From contig JAPLLA010000032.1 in the NCBI GenBank assembly GCA_026387795.1, positions 56,715 through 119,132 of the forward strand: a stretch of DNA of 62,418 nucleotides, in the 5' to 3' direction. The DNA comes from Candidatus Saganbacteria bacterium. Lineage in GTDB: Bacteria > Margulisbacteria > WOR-1 > JAPLLA01. A program made the position numbers and the translations under genes. Every line of letters begins with the position of its first letter. The first letter of the stretch is position 1. Below the pieces are notes generated by a model, which was not told the DNA's origin, ran no database searches, and was given only the letters and a program-made list of their open reading frames with translations. Shown here piece after piece: positions 34,268-44,916 of this stretch.

Positions 34268-36352
34268 TTAATCTAAAGAGATCATGCCGATCGATTGCAC
34301 TTTTACTTGAGGGACGATTTCGTTATAAGATAAAACCGCTACGGAAGGGAAGCTTCTTTCTATGAACCGTTTAAAGTGGGGGCGGAGTCTTGGAGAGCAA
34401 AGCACTACGGGTTGGATTTTCATTTTCCGGAAATTATAGATGTGGTTCGAAATCTGGACTAAAATCTTTTCTCCTACATTTGGGTCTACCGCTAGAAAAG
34501 AGCCGTATTCCGACTGATGGATAGCCCCGATCAATGTTTCTTCCAAAGAAGGGTCAATAGTGATAACAGTAACCACATTTTCCTTATCTGTATAGGTTTC
34601 GCAAATTTGCCTGGCCAGGGACTGCCTTACATATTCGGTTAAAACATTGATGTCCCTGGAAAGATGGGCGTAGTCAGCCAGCCTTTCTAAAATAGTGGAA
34701 AGGTCGCGGATCGAAACCCTTTCCCTTACCAGCAGTTGTAGCACCTTGTGGACTTGTCCCAAAGAGAGCATGTCAGGGATTAATTCCCTGACAATTGCAG
34801 CATTGTTGTTTTTTACCAGTTCAATTAAAGATTGTACGTTTTGTCTGGTCATAATTTCGTCCGCGTAGCGCTTAATGATTTCCGTGAAATGATTGGAAAT
34901 TACTTCTACCGGTTCCTGTGCTGTAAACTCGTATTTTTGGACTTTTGGCATTTCTTCGTCCGGCACCCAGGTTGCCAAATCATTGGTTACCGGGTCTTTT
35001 GTTTCTATCCCTACAATCCCTTTGGCTTTTAACTCTGCAGCAGATTTATCTACGCGGTGGTGCCCAAGATGCGCTTCTCCTTCTGAAACTTTGGTCCCTC
35101 TGATTTCTATTGCATATTCATTGGGAGGAAGTCCCAAGTCATCCATAACCCTTACTCCCGGAATAACAAAACCGAGCTCTTGGCCAATGTGGTAGCGAAT
35201 TAAGGTAATTCTTTCCAGTAAGGGGCCTTTTTGTGCAGGATCAATTAATGGGATCAGGTTCCTGCCGGTTTTTAAACTAAGGGGATCCAGTCCAAGCGTG
35301 CTCAAAATACTTTCCGGTTTTTTGAGAACATCTTTTGCGGAAACCTCTTCTGTTACCATTGCAGACTCTTGTTGTTTAGATTGGGTTTGGACCAGTACCA
35401 GTGCAATAATTCCAGACAGAAAAGCAAGTATTAGAAAAGGGATGGTGGGAAGTCCAGGGATAATCGCAAAACCGGCTAAGATTAGGCATACAAACGCAAA
35501 TGCACGCGGCTGCGCAAAAAGTTGTGCAGCTACGTCTGTGCCTAAGCTGAGTTCAGAAGCGGATTTGGTAATAACCAAGCCTGTGCCGATAGATACTAAA
35601 AGTGCGGTAACTTGGCTGATCAGCCCGTTTCCTATGGTGAGCAAGGTGTAGGTGGTTAAGGCATCCATAATTCCCATGCCGCGTTGTAGCCAGCCGATCA
35701 AGATTCCGCCAAGGATATTTATAAGAACGATAATAATTCCGGCAATAGAGTCTCCTCTTACAAACTTATTGGCACCGTCCATGGAACCAAAGAAAGAGGC
35801 TTCCTGTTCAATTTTACGCCTGCGGCCTCGGGCTTCTTGCGCATCGATCAGGCCGGCATTCAAGTCCGCATCGATACTCATCTGTTTTCCGGGCATAGCG
35901 TCCAAGGTAAAACGTGCGGCTACTTCTGCGACACGTTCCGAACCTTTGGTAATAACAAGAAATTGCACCATGGTGATAATCGCAAATATGATGATGCCTA
36001 CGATATAGTTTCCGGAGACTACAAAGTTTCCAAAAGCGGTAATTACGTCTCCCGCGAATCCTTGAAGCAGGATCAACCTGGAAGCAGCAATATTTAGTGC
36101 CAAGCGGTAAATAGTGACCACCAAAAGTACAGAAGGAAAAGCGGCAAATTCCAAGGGTTCTTTGAGATACAGTGCAGCCAGCAAGATAATAAGTGAAAAA
36201 GCCAGGTTTAAAGTAAGCAATAAGTCTAAAAAGAATGGGGGGAGAGGTATGATGATAAGTGCAATGATCCCGACTAACAGCGCCCCTACAAACGCATCGC
36301 TTGTAGTGAACAGGTTTAGTATCTCTTTTAAGTTTATAGCTGGAGCTGCCAC
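34268..36352 (-). CDS. flhA: flagellar export apparatus protein FlhA
   Basis: 694 aa. FHIPEP-family membrane domain (FPS.LL..T..RL.LN.A..R.IL) plus a cytoplasmic domain. Confidence 0.95.
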   Translation of the reverse strand: MAAPAINLKEILNLFTTSDAFVGALLVGIIALIIIPLPPFFLDLLLTLNLAFSLIILLAALYLKEPLEFAAFPSVLLVVTIYRLALNIAASRLILLQGFAGDVITAFGNFVVSGNYIVGIIIFAIITMVQFLVITKGSERVAEVAARFTLDAMPGKQMSIDADLNAGLIDAQEARGRRRKIEQEASFFGSMDGANKFVRGDSIAGIIIVLINILGGILIGWLQRGMGIMDALTTYTLLTIGNGLISQVTALLVSIGTGLVITKSASELSLGTDVAAQLFAQPRAFAFVCLILAGFAIIPGLPTIPFLILAFLSGIIALVLVQTQSKQQESAMVTEEVSAKDVLKKPESILSTLGLDPLSLKTGRNLIPLIDPAQKGPLLERITLIRYHIGQELGFVIPGVRVMDDLGLPPNEYAIEIRGTKVSEGEAHLGHHRVDKSAAELKAKGIVGIETKDPVTNDLATWVPDEEMPKVQKYEFTAQEPVEVISNHFTEIIKRYADEIMTRQNVQSLIELVKNNNAAIVRELIPDMLSLGQVHKVLQLLVRERVSIRDLSTILERLADYAHLSRDINVLTEYVRQSLARQICETYTDKENVVTVITIDPSLEETLIGAIHQSEYGSFLAVDPNVGEKILVQISNHIYNFRKMKIQPVVLCSPRLRPHFKRFIERSFPSVAVLSYNEIVPQVKVQSIGMISLD

Positions 36353-36367
36353 GTTTTAATTATACCT

Positions 36368-37468
36368 CTAGCGTTTCTGAGGGGCAAGGAGAGCCTTGCG
36401 CGCCATTTTTTCTCTTTTGATCTTATATACATATGCCAGGACTTCTGCAATAGCCTGGTAAAGTTCTGGCGGGACTGCTTCTCCTACACTGGTAGTGCGG
36501 TAAATAGACCTTGCCAGCGGTTCGTTTTCTACAATCGGGATGTTTGCTGCTTCTGCAATTTTGCGGATCTCTTCCGCGATTTTTCTTTGGCCTTTTGCCA
36601 AAAGCTGCGGAGCCTTCATCTTAGGGGCCGCATATTTTAAGGCAACGGCAATATGGGTAGGGTTGGTAACAACTACGTCTGCTTGCGGTACTGCACCCAT
36701 CATCCGCTGATATGCGGCTTGCCTTTGCAGGTCGCGCATCCTTTGCTTGACCATGGGATCCCCTTCTAATCGTTTATATTCTTCTTTTACTTCCTGGCGG
36801 GACATTTTTAAGCCGCGCATATATTCCCAGCGGCGGTATAGGTAATCTAAAATAGCAATTACAATGTAAAAAATGCCGACACGCATTGCAATGGTATAAG
36901 CGATCCCTCCGGCGACCAGGATTGCATCCCAAATTTGTTTGTCTAGCAGAACAATAACATTTTGGATTTCACTTCTTACTACGCTCAAGGCAATGTAGAA
37001 CACAATGATAATTTTTAAGATGGACTTAATGAGCTCTACAAATCCCTGCATCGAAAACATTTTTTTGAGTCCTTCCAAAGGATTTAACTTTTCCAGTTTT
37101 GGGGATAGGGGATCCATGGAAAAAACAAAGCCGGTTTGCAAGCTCTCGGCAATTAGCGCAGCTAAAAATACCGCTCCCAGGACAGGAGCAACGCAAAAAG
37201 CAAATGCACGCAGCCCAATCATAAGGATTCCTGCAATAAAGCCCCAAGAAAACTCATAGGCAGAGGGGATGAGGTTGTAAATTGAAATCATCATACTGGC
37301 TAATTGTTCCCACATGAAAGGGCCCGCATACCCTAATACCCAAAAAGACAAGAGAAGCAGTACGGCGGTGGTAATTTCGCGGCTTTTGGCTATTTGGCCT
37401 TTTTCCCTGGCCTCCCGAAGCCTATGGGGAGTAGGTTCTTCTGTTTTGTCCCCGCCTTGTTCACCCAT
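36368..37468 (-). CDS. flhB: flagellar export apparatus protein FlhB
   Basis: EEPTPHRLREAREKGQIAKSRE start and the NPTH autocleavage site (VVVTNPTHIAVALKY). Confidence 0.95.
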   Translation of the reverse strand: MGEQGGDKTEEPTPHRLREAREKGQIAKSREITTAVLLLLSFWVLGYAGPFMWEQLASMMISIYNLIPSAYEFSWGFIAGILMIGLRAFAFCVAPVLGAVFLAALIAESLQTGFVFSMDPLSPKLEKLNPLEGLKKMFSMQGFVELIKSILKIIIVFYIALSVVRSEIQNVIVLLDKQIWDAILVAGGIAYTIAMRVGIFYIVIAILDYLYRRWEYMRGLKMSRQEVKEEYKRLEGDPMVKQRMRDLQRQAAYQRMMGAVPQADVVVTNPTHIAVALKYAAPKMKAPQLLAKGQRKIAEEIRKIAEAANIPIVENEPLARSIYRTTSVGEAVPPELYQAIAEVLAYVYKIKREKMARKALLAPQKR

Positions 37469-37480
37469 TTTTTGTTACTC

Positions 37481-38254
37481 CTATTTCAAAATTATAATCA
37501 GTTGCAACAACTGTTCTCCGGTAATGGACAAGAGGTTTGCGATATGTTTTACAATGAGCGGTAGGCAGAGCAATATGGCCAGCATCCCCAAAGAGGGCTT
37601 TACCTGGAAACCAAGCATGAATACGTTTACCTGCGGGGCAACCCTGGAAACAATCCCAAAACAAAAATCCGAAATAAAAATAAAAAGCACGGCAGGGATA
37701 GCAAGCATAAAAGTAGTGTGCCAAAAATGCCGAGCAATCTCTATGAACTGAGATTGGAGTGCAGGGTTAAAAATATTAATCGGCTGGCCTACAGGGATAG
37801 TGGAAAAACTTTGGTGCAAGGCAGCAAAAAGCAGGTGGTGGCCGTTTAAGATCAGGAAAATAATCAGGGCAGTATTAAAAAAAAGCCGGCCGATTATGGA
37901 AATAGTGCTCCCAAAAACCGGGTCCAGTGCAGTTGCCACACTAAGGCCCATTTGCATGTCCACAATTTCTCCCGCGGACTGAATAGCCAGAATTAACAGG
38001 TTGCAAATGAATCCGATCAAAAAACCGAGACAGACTTCAGAAACCAAAGCCATTACAAAAAGCACAGTAGTACTTGGCAGAACCGGAGAAACAGGGACCG
38101 TAAACCAAAGCACAAAAGTAATCCAAATGGCAAGAGGAGTTTTAAGTGCAAAGGGTATTGCCTTGGAGCTAATGATTGGGGCTTGAATAAAAAGTCCGGC
38201 GATTCTTGCCAGGATCAGCAGAAAAACAATAAGTTGGCCTGAACTTAGGATCAT
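37481..38254 (-). CDS. fliR: flagellar export apparatus protein FliR
   Basis: 257-aa polytopic protein in the conserved fliPQR order; typical LILARI.G.F..API start region. Confidence 0.9.
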   Translation of the reverse strand: MILSSGQLIVFLLILARIAGLFIQAPIISSKAIPFALKTPLAIWITFVLWFTVPVSPVLPSTTVLFVMALVSEVCLGFLIGFICNLLILAIQSAGEIVDMQMGLSVATALDPVFGSTISIIGRLFFNTALIIFLILNGHHLLFAALHQSFSTIPVGQPINIFNPALQSQFIEIARHFWHTTFMLAIPAVLFIFISDFCFGIVSRVAPQVNVFMLGFQVKPSLGMLAILLCLPLIVKHIANLLSITGEQLLQLIIILK

Positions 38255-38255
38255 G

Positions 38256-38525
38256 TTACCTTGCCATAGCTGGGATGTTTGCCCAGAGAGAAGATGTAAA
38301 ACTCATTAAGATTGAAAACATCCAAGGTGCAGTTACTACTATCATTAAAAGTACGGCTATCAGTTTAGGGACAAAAGTCAGTGTTTGTTCTTGGATTTGG
38401 GTTACAGCTTGGAAAAGACTGATGATAAAACCAACAATCAGTCCCACTCCAATAATAGGTAAAGACATCATAAGAGTAGTCATGACCCCGTTGTAAAGCA
38501 CCTGCGTAACAAAATCTTCACCCAT
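38256..38525 (-). CDS. fliQ: flagellar export apparatus protein FliQ
   Basis: 89 aa, two TM segments, ...AVTQIQEQTL.FVPKL pattern. Confidence 0.9.
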   Translation of the reverse strand: MGEDFVTQVLYNGVMTTLMMSLPIIGVGLIVGFIISLFQAVTQIQEQTLTFVPKLIAVLLMIVVTAPWMFSILMSFTSSLWANIPAMAR

Positions 38526-38538
38526 TTTTCACCTCTTT

Positions 38539-39279
38539 TTACCTAAAACTGATCATGAGCCCTCGGATAATTAGTCCCCAGCCGTCTACCAATACAAAAA
38601 GCAGTATTTTAAAAGGTAGAGAAACCATTACAGGAGAAAGCATAAACATGCCAAGTGAAAGCAGAATATTTGAGACAACCAAATCAACAATAATAAACGG
38701 GATTAGGATTAAAAACCCGATCTGGAAAGAGGTTTTTAATTCGCTGATCATAAAAGCAGGGATCAAAACGTAAGTCGGTATTTCTTCCATGCTTTTAGGG
38801 CGAGGAATCTTTGAAAATTCCACAAAAAGCGCCAGGTCTTTTTCACGGGTTTGCTTAAACATGAATTTACGCAAGGGCTGCATGCCGATCTCTATGGCTT
38901 TGGCTTGGCTAAGTTTGCCTTCGTTATAAGGAGTAAAAGCGGTAGCGTTGACTTCCTGCCAGACCGGAGACATGACAAAAACAGTCATAAAAAGCGATAA
39001 GGCTACGATTACGGAAGAAGGGGGGACTTGCTGTGTACCAATTCCGGTCCGAACCAATGAAAGCACAATGATAAAGCGTAGGAAAGATGTGACCGAGATC
39101 AAAAAAAACGGAACCAGAGAAATAGCAGACAAAGAAATAAGCAATTGGAGGCTGTTGCTGAATTGAGGGGAACTCACCAAGGAATTAAAGTTTATATTCG
39201 CATTTAGGGGGGTAGCTGCAAATGCAGCTTGAGAAAGAAAGATAAGCAATGCCCCGGACCAAAGGCTTATTTTTCTCAT
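38539..39279 (-). CDS. fliP: flagellar export apparatus protein FliP
   Basis: ...LVPFFLI.VTSF.R..IVLS..R...G.QQ.PP and a C-terminal ...PFK.LLFVLVDGW pattern. Confidence 0.95.
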   Translation of the reverse strand: MRKISLWSGALLIFLSQAAFAATPLNANINFNSLVSSPQFSNSLQLLISLSAISLVPFFLISVTSFLRFIIVLSLVRTGIGTQQVPPSSVIVALSLFMTVFVMSPVWQEVNATAFTPYNEGKLSQAKAIEIGMQPLRKFMFKQTREKDLALFVEFSKIPRPKSMEEIPTYVLIPAFMISELKTSFQIGFLILIPFIIVDLVVSNILLSLGMFMLSPVMVSLPFKILLFVLVDGWGLIIRGLMISFR

Positions 39280-39659
39280 AATGCGGAAAGATCCTCTTCT
39301 ATCTTATCGATTTTGGTGACTTGTTTGTTGCTCACCACGACCAACCAGGAAGAGCGCTTGATCCGTAAGATATAAGCCGTGACTTGTGGTTCCAAGCCAA
39401 CCCTTTCTATGACCTCTACTACTTTTCCCTGGGTTTTAACCTGCAATTTTGGAAGCAGATATTTGCTTACGACATAGATTAAGCCGATTACAATTAATAA
39501 GGAAAAGACCAGCTGTAAGAAATAGCTAAAAGTAACAATGGGAGAAGATTTGGCAGTATAGCTTTCCCAAGAAGCAAAGTTTTCCGAAGCAGCAAAAGAG
39601 GGGAGAGCAAATGCAACCAGTAATAACAAACAGATCACAAAAAATGTTAATCTTTTCAT
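39276..39659 (-). CDS. fliO: flagellar biosynthesis protein FliO-like
   Basis: 127 aa with a signal-like start plus a single TM; sits between fliN and fliP; overlaps fliP by 4 nt. Confidence 0.6.
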   Translation of the reverse strand: MKRLTFFVICLLLLVAFALPSFAASENFASWESYTAKSSPIVTFSYFLQLVFSLLIVIGLIYVVSKYLLPKLQVKTQGKVVEVIERVGLEPQVTAYILRIKRSSWLVVVSNKQVTKIDKIEEDLSAL

Positions 39660-39692
39660 CTAGTTCCCTTTCTAGGGCAGCTTAGTCTGGGG

Positions 39693-39983
39693 TTATTTTA
39701 ATAAAACGTTAGTAATCCTTAGTCCGTAGGAATCGTCGATTGCTACTACTTCTCCCTGGGCAATAAGCTGGCCCCCTACTTTAAGATCCAAAGGTTCTCC
39801 GGCCAACCGGTCGAGTTCTATGATTCCGCCTTCAGCGAGGTCCAAAACATCTCTTAATGTCATTTGTGTTCTTCCGAGCTCTACGGTTACTTGCACGGGG
39901 ATATCTCCCAATGCTTTTTGGTTGATCTTTTGGCCGGTTTCCCCTTCGCTTAAATCAGGAAATAAAACCTTTTTTATTTCCAT
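39693..39983 (-). CDS. fliN: flagellar motor switch protein FliN
   Basis: 96 aa; the SpoA-type domain ...V.VELGRT.MTLRD.L.L..G.IIELD.L.GEPLD..V.G.LIA.GEVV. Confidence 0.85.
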   Translation of the reverse strand: MEIKKVLFPDLSEGETGQKINQKALGDIPVQVTVELGRTQMTLRDVLDLAEGGIIELDRLAGEPLDLKVGGQLIAQGEVVAIDDSYGLRITNVLLK

Positions 39984-40006
39984 AAGGCCCCCCTTTTGTC
40001 TTTATT

Positions 40007-41281
<1,275 letters not shown>

Positions 41282-41306
41282 CTTTAATTTATTTTACCAC
41301 GTAATT

Positions 41307-42152
41307 TTAACTTAACCTATTAATAAAGTTAGAGATAATATCACTTGCCATTCTTACCATGCTTAAATTACCGCTCATGGCGCGCTGGTATTCCAAAGCC
41401 TTAATAGTTTCTCCCAAATAAAAAACGTTTGAAGCTTCCAGGTTTCTTGCGGAAACATTCCCTGTGCTGTTTTGTCCTGGCAGTGACGCTTCGGAAGGGG
41501 AGCCAGAAGCAGCTGTTTCTTTAAAGTTTGATCCGGAAGCTTGTTCCAGGCCATTGGGGTTGTTAAATCTGGTTAGGGCAATCCTAAATCCGGTATCTGC
41601 TTTAACGGTAGAGTAGGTATTATCCGTGTATTCATAAAGATACCCATTGTTGTCAAAACTCAAATTATTAATGGTATATTTGTCGCTGGTAAGACCGGTA
41701 ATCGGCATAAGGATTGAGCTCGATCCGTAAAAACCGTATACAGGGTAACCGGTACTGGTGATCAGGTTTCCGCTGGAATCAACGTCAAAATTACCGGCGC
41801 GGGTATATTGGAAGGTAGATCCGCCATCCGCTGAAACCACAAAAAGCCCTTGCCCGTTAACTGCCAGGTCTAAATGTCCTCCACTGGCAATATCTCCTTG
41901 CGCAAAATCAGTGTAAGTTTCTGCAATTGCCATGCTGCCGCCGATTTGGTAAGGGTTAGTCCCACCCAAATTATTAAAATCCGCAGAAGCTGTTCCGCGG
42001 TGCAGGAAACGTTCAAAAACAGTTTGAAAAGAAACCCCCATTTTTTTGTAACCAGTGACAGACATATTGGCAATGTTGGCAGACGTTAAAGACAGCGCAG
42101 AGTTATATGCTTGAATAGCGTTTGATGCCTGACTCATGATATCTAACATCAT
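41307..42152 (-). CDS. flgE: flagellar hook/rod-family protein (short FlgE-like)
   Basis: N-terminal ANIANMSVTGYKK and C-terminal LEASNV...QRA motifs of the FlgE/F/G family. Its position after flgD suggests the hook protein, but 281 aa is short. Confidence 0.7.
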   Translation of the reverse strand: MMLDIMSQASNAIQAYNSALSLTSANIANMSVTGYKKMGVSFQTVFERFLHRGTASADFNNLGGTNPYQIGGSMAIAETYTDFAQGDIASGGHLDLAVNGQGLFVVSADGGSTFQYTRAGNFDVDSSGNLITSTGYPVYGFYGSSSILMPITGLTSDKYTINNLSFDNNGYLYEYTDNTYSTVKADTGFRIALTRFNNPNGLEQASGSNFKETAASGSPSEASLPGQNSTGNVSARNLEASNVFYLGETIKALEYQRAMSGNLSMVRMASDIISNFINRLS

Positions 42153-42188
42153 AAATTTATTCCCCCTTTTCCCTCGACAGGCTCGGGA

Positions 42189-42680
42189 TTATTCCGAAAC
42201 CGAAAGCAAGTTTTCCGACGGAACTTTTATGATTGTTCCGTTTACATTAAGGTTAAAGAGCAAGGTCCCGTTAGTTACAGAAATGCTTTCTACTTTTCCT
42301 TCGATCTTGCTCTTGGTTGAAGGATTAATTGCAGAAACGGTTTTTCCGATTAAATTGCTTCTGGCGATCATTTCAATTTGTGGGGCTAGGCTGTTGTCAA
42401 AGGAGTTTTGACCAGTGAGGTCAGAGAAGGGGTCCGAAGCGCTAGAGGTGTTTCCTCCCAAGGCAGAGCCGCTGCCAAAAACGGAATTACTTCTTGTCTC
42501 TTCGTCGCCAAAAAGGATGTCAAGGGCGTCTGTATTCATAGCTTTTTTTAATTCATAGATAAAAAGATTTGGATCAGTGGAGTAAGCGGAGCCAGTGCGG
42601 GAAAACTTGGACGGATCGGTTGTACCGATGTTCCCGTCTTTCCCAAAAGTTACAGTCGGGGGGATGGATATATTCGCCAT
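42189..42680 (-). CDS. flgD: flagellar hook capping/assembly protein FlgD-like
   Basis: 163 aa; C-terminal beta domain (IGKTVSA....I.G.V.S..V.NG...). Position between fliK and the hook gene. Confidence 0.6.
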   Translation of the reverse strand: MANISIPPTVTFGKDGNIGTTDPSKFSRTGSAYSTDPNLFIYELKKAMNTDALDILFGDEETRSNSVFGSGSALGGNTSSASDPFSDLTGQNSFDNSLAPQIEMIARSNLIGKTVSAINPSTKSKIEGKVESISVTNGTLLFNLNVNGTIIKVPSENLLSVSE

Positions 42681-42686
42681 GTTTAA

Positions 42687-43577
42687 TTAAGCCTCCCAAT
42701 CAATGAGATGCCGGTCTCCTAAAGTCCTCCTTGGAGCCCCTTGGGTTCCTGTAAAGTTTAGCATGTTTGTCGGTTCTTTTTCCACTAAATAGTCGGAAAA
42801 AATATTGGGAATGTCGGAAAAGAGATTTGGATGGTTCCCAGAACTTCCAAAGTTGCCAATATCTACGGATAAATTTCCAATATTAAGATGAGCATCTGCC
42901 AATGAGTTTTTAAGTTGTTCTAAGCTTTGGTCTAAGGATTTTTTTGTCTCCTCATTAGCTAGAATTTGGATTGAGAGCATGCCGTTTTGGTTGGTTATTT
43001 TAAGCAGCATTTCTCCAAGCTGTTCCGGCTTTAATCCCAAAAGCAGTTCGGTCTGTTTTTGGTTTTTTACAATCGTGGCTTGTTTGGTGATTTCATCAAT
43101 TACCTGCTGCAGATCAACTTTGGTTATAAAATCAAATTTTTCCGTAGTACCCATAAAAGCGGGAGCAATATTGAATGCTCCCAAAGACCGGCTTAAAATA
43201 TCCTGAAAAACCTTTGGGTCCAATTTATAGATTTTTTGCGGCAGGGGAGGGGTGGGAAGTTCTGTTTTTACGGTTTCTGGTTTTTGCTCTTCGGTTGGCT
43301 TAATCGGAGCTTGGGGGGGGGTGGGTTCTTTACGCGTATCAAATTCGTTTTCTATTTTTGACAAAGTTAAAGAATCGTCATAGTTAGAAGAAAGTGCTGC
43401 CATTAGTGTTTGGATGCTGCTCCAGGGAGAAAAAAACAAACTTTTGGTTTTTAGTTTTTCTTCTTCTGTTTTTAGGTTTTCTTCAAAACTAGTTTCGGAA
43501 TTTTTTGGGCCAGAGGAGTTCCCATACAGGCTGGTGGAGCTATCGGAGGCGGCAACCGGACTGATTATTTCTGGCAT
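42687..43577 (-). CDS. fliK: flagellar hook-length control protein FliK-like
   Basis: Pro/Glu-rich centre. The C-terminal L.L.PE.LGE..L.I....G.L.I.I.A...ET...L...L..L...L pattern is typical of the FliK C-domain. Confidence 0.7.
   Translation of the reverse strand: MPEIISPVAASDSSTSLYGNSSGPKNSETSFEENLKTEEEKLKTKSLFFSPWSSIQTLMAALSSNYDDSLTLSKIENEFDTRKEPTPPQAPIKPTEEQKPETVKTELPTPPLPQKIYKLDPKVFQDILSRSLGAFNIAPAFMGTTEKFDFITKVDLQQVIDEITKQATIVKNQKQTELLLGLKPEQLGEMLLKITNQNGMLSIQILANEETKKSLDQSLEQLKNSLADAHLNIGNLSVDIGNFGSSGNHPNLFSDIPNIFSDYLVEKEPTNMLNFTGTQGAPRRTLGDRHLIDWEA
43313..43321 (-). repeat. C9 homopolymer (G9 on plus strand) inside fliK
   Basis: ACC CCC CCC CAA encodes T-P-P-Q; nine identical bases. 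Confidence 0.95.
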
Positions 43578-43639
43578 GCTTCTCCCGTCCTTTATTTATA
43601 TCGGGTCCTACTCTGGAAAACTTGCATCTTTAAGAGAAA

Positions 43640-43714
43640 TGCCTGAGGGGAGAGTCGAACTCCCACGGTGTTACCCACCCCGGTTCTAACCGGGGCGTGT
43701 CTGCCGTTCCTCAG
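43640..43714 (-). pseudogene. tRNA-Leu-like remnant (UAG-like anticodon region), defective 5' acceptor and D arm
   Basis: Its 3' 38 nt are identical to the adjacent tRNA-Leu. The anticodon arm CCCCGG-TTAGAA-CCGGGG has a 6-nt loop. There is no 5' strand able to pair with CTCAGGC and no GTG D-stem. Confidence 0.45.
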
Positions 43715-43749
43715 ATTTCAAGTTTCTATTTGGCATTGTATTAAATAAA

Positions 43750-43831
43750 TGCCTGAGGGGAGAGTCGAACTCCCACGGTGTTACCCATACGCACCTCAAG
43801 CGTACGTGTCTGCCAGTTCCACCACCCAGGC
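43750..43831 (-). tRNA. tRNA-Leu (GAG)
   Basis: Class II tRNA: acceptor GCCTGGG/CTCAGGC, anticodon arm TACGC-TTGAGGT-GCGTA, long variable arm, T-arm GGGAG-TTCGACT-CTCCC, discriminator A. Confidence 0.9.
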
Positions 43832-43917
43832 ATATTCTCAAATATCTCATATTTATTTTACTCTGAAAGTGGGAAAAAGTGAAGAAAAATACGATATATA
43901 TAAGGAGGTTTTTAATA

Positions 43918-44916
43918 GTGCAAGATTATAGTTTGCAGGGCTTGATTGCTAACCTGCCAAAGTACGATCTTTTGCGTTTGAGAAACGTAAAAAGAGAAGC
44001 AACTCCCGAACAGGCAAAACAAGCGGTAGCGAGAGATTTCAAAAGGATGAAATCTTCTCCGGAAGAATTTTGCTGTACTCTTAAAAAGTGGGAAGAAGAG
44101 CTTGGTACTACCCATGCGGTATTGGGTGGACTTTTGGTGGTGGGTTCTATGGTAGAAGGACCGTGGAACGACGGAGTTTCTTTTGTCCGATCACTGGAGG
44201 GATTTGAATTATTTGAACAAATATGCCAGAGATTAGATCCATTGTTAAACGTAGAAGGGGTTTCGGATTTAGAAAGGTTATACGCAAAAATTAAGGATGG
44301 TTTAATTTTTCGGGGAGCCAGTACAAATGTTTATTTGGGATTGCAAAGTTTTTTGGCAAATCTGGATGGAGGCAAAGAGCGGGTTGGCAACTGTATAGTA
44401 ATTGCAGCTCTTTTTAGCTTACTGGTTTTACGCGGTGGTGGAATGGCGGGTGAGGGGAGAGGACTGGGGACTACCCATTCCCATGCTTATTTTCAAAAAC
44501 AAAAATTTCTTTATGATTTGGCCGAAGGCTTGCATCGTCCGAATCTTGTTCCTCTTCGTCCGGATACGGGAATAATACTAAGCGGAGCATTTTCTTTTGT
44601 AGCTACATTACTATGTTTTAGGACTGCCATGACCCTTGAGCTGGGAAACTTGAGGCATCTTTCTAATATTCCTAAATCCCAATTAAATAAATTCCTCTGT
44701 CTCCTTGATTTTGTTGAAGCGCTTAATCCCTATTGTTCCGGTATCTATGAGCTTAGAAGCAGAATTTATATGCGATTGGGAAAAACTGGGCAAGAAGCAG
44801 ATAATACGGAAATTGCCAATGCAATGGGGCAGTATGACACTTTAAAAATTCACGGGGACTTTTTACCTGCAAGCTATAATCGTTATACGCACTCGCTTTT
44901 GGCAGAAAGCACTTAA
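43918..44916 (+). CDS. hypothetical protein (possible transglutaminase/papain-like Cys-His core)
   Basis: The GTG at 43918 follows AAGGAGG by 9 nt (track ORF opens at 43879). [21 protein letters not shown]...GTTHSHAYF resembles the Cys...His core of transglutaminase-like proteases. Weak. Confidence 0.5.
   Translation: MQDYSLQGLIANLPKYDLLRLRNVKREATPEQAKQAVARDFKRMKSSPEEFCCTLKKWEEELGTTHAVLGGLLVVGSMVEGPWNDGVSFVRSLEGFELFEQICQRLDPLLNVEGVSDLERLYAKIKDGLIFRGASTNVYLGLQSFLANLDGGKERVGNCIVIAALFSLLVLRGGGMAGEGRGLGTTHSHAYFQKQKFLYDLAEGLHRPNLVPLRPDTGIILSGAFSFVATLLCFRTAMTLELGNLRHLSNIPKSQLNKFLCLLDFVEALNPYCSGIYELRSRIYMRLGKTGQEADNTEIANAMGQYDTLKIHGDFLPASYNRYTHSLLAEST

Noticed and set aside
43414-43931. Track ORFs 43414-43689 and 43749-43931, both containing [13 protein letters not shown]
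   Set aside because: The shared peptide is simply the reverse-strand reading of the tRNA-Leu T-arm and acceptor region and of its partial copy. These are tRNA shadows, not paralogous genes.
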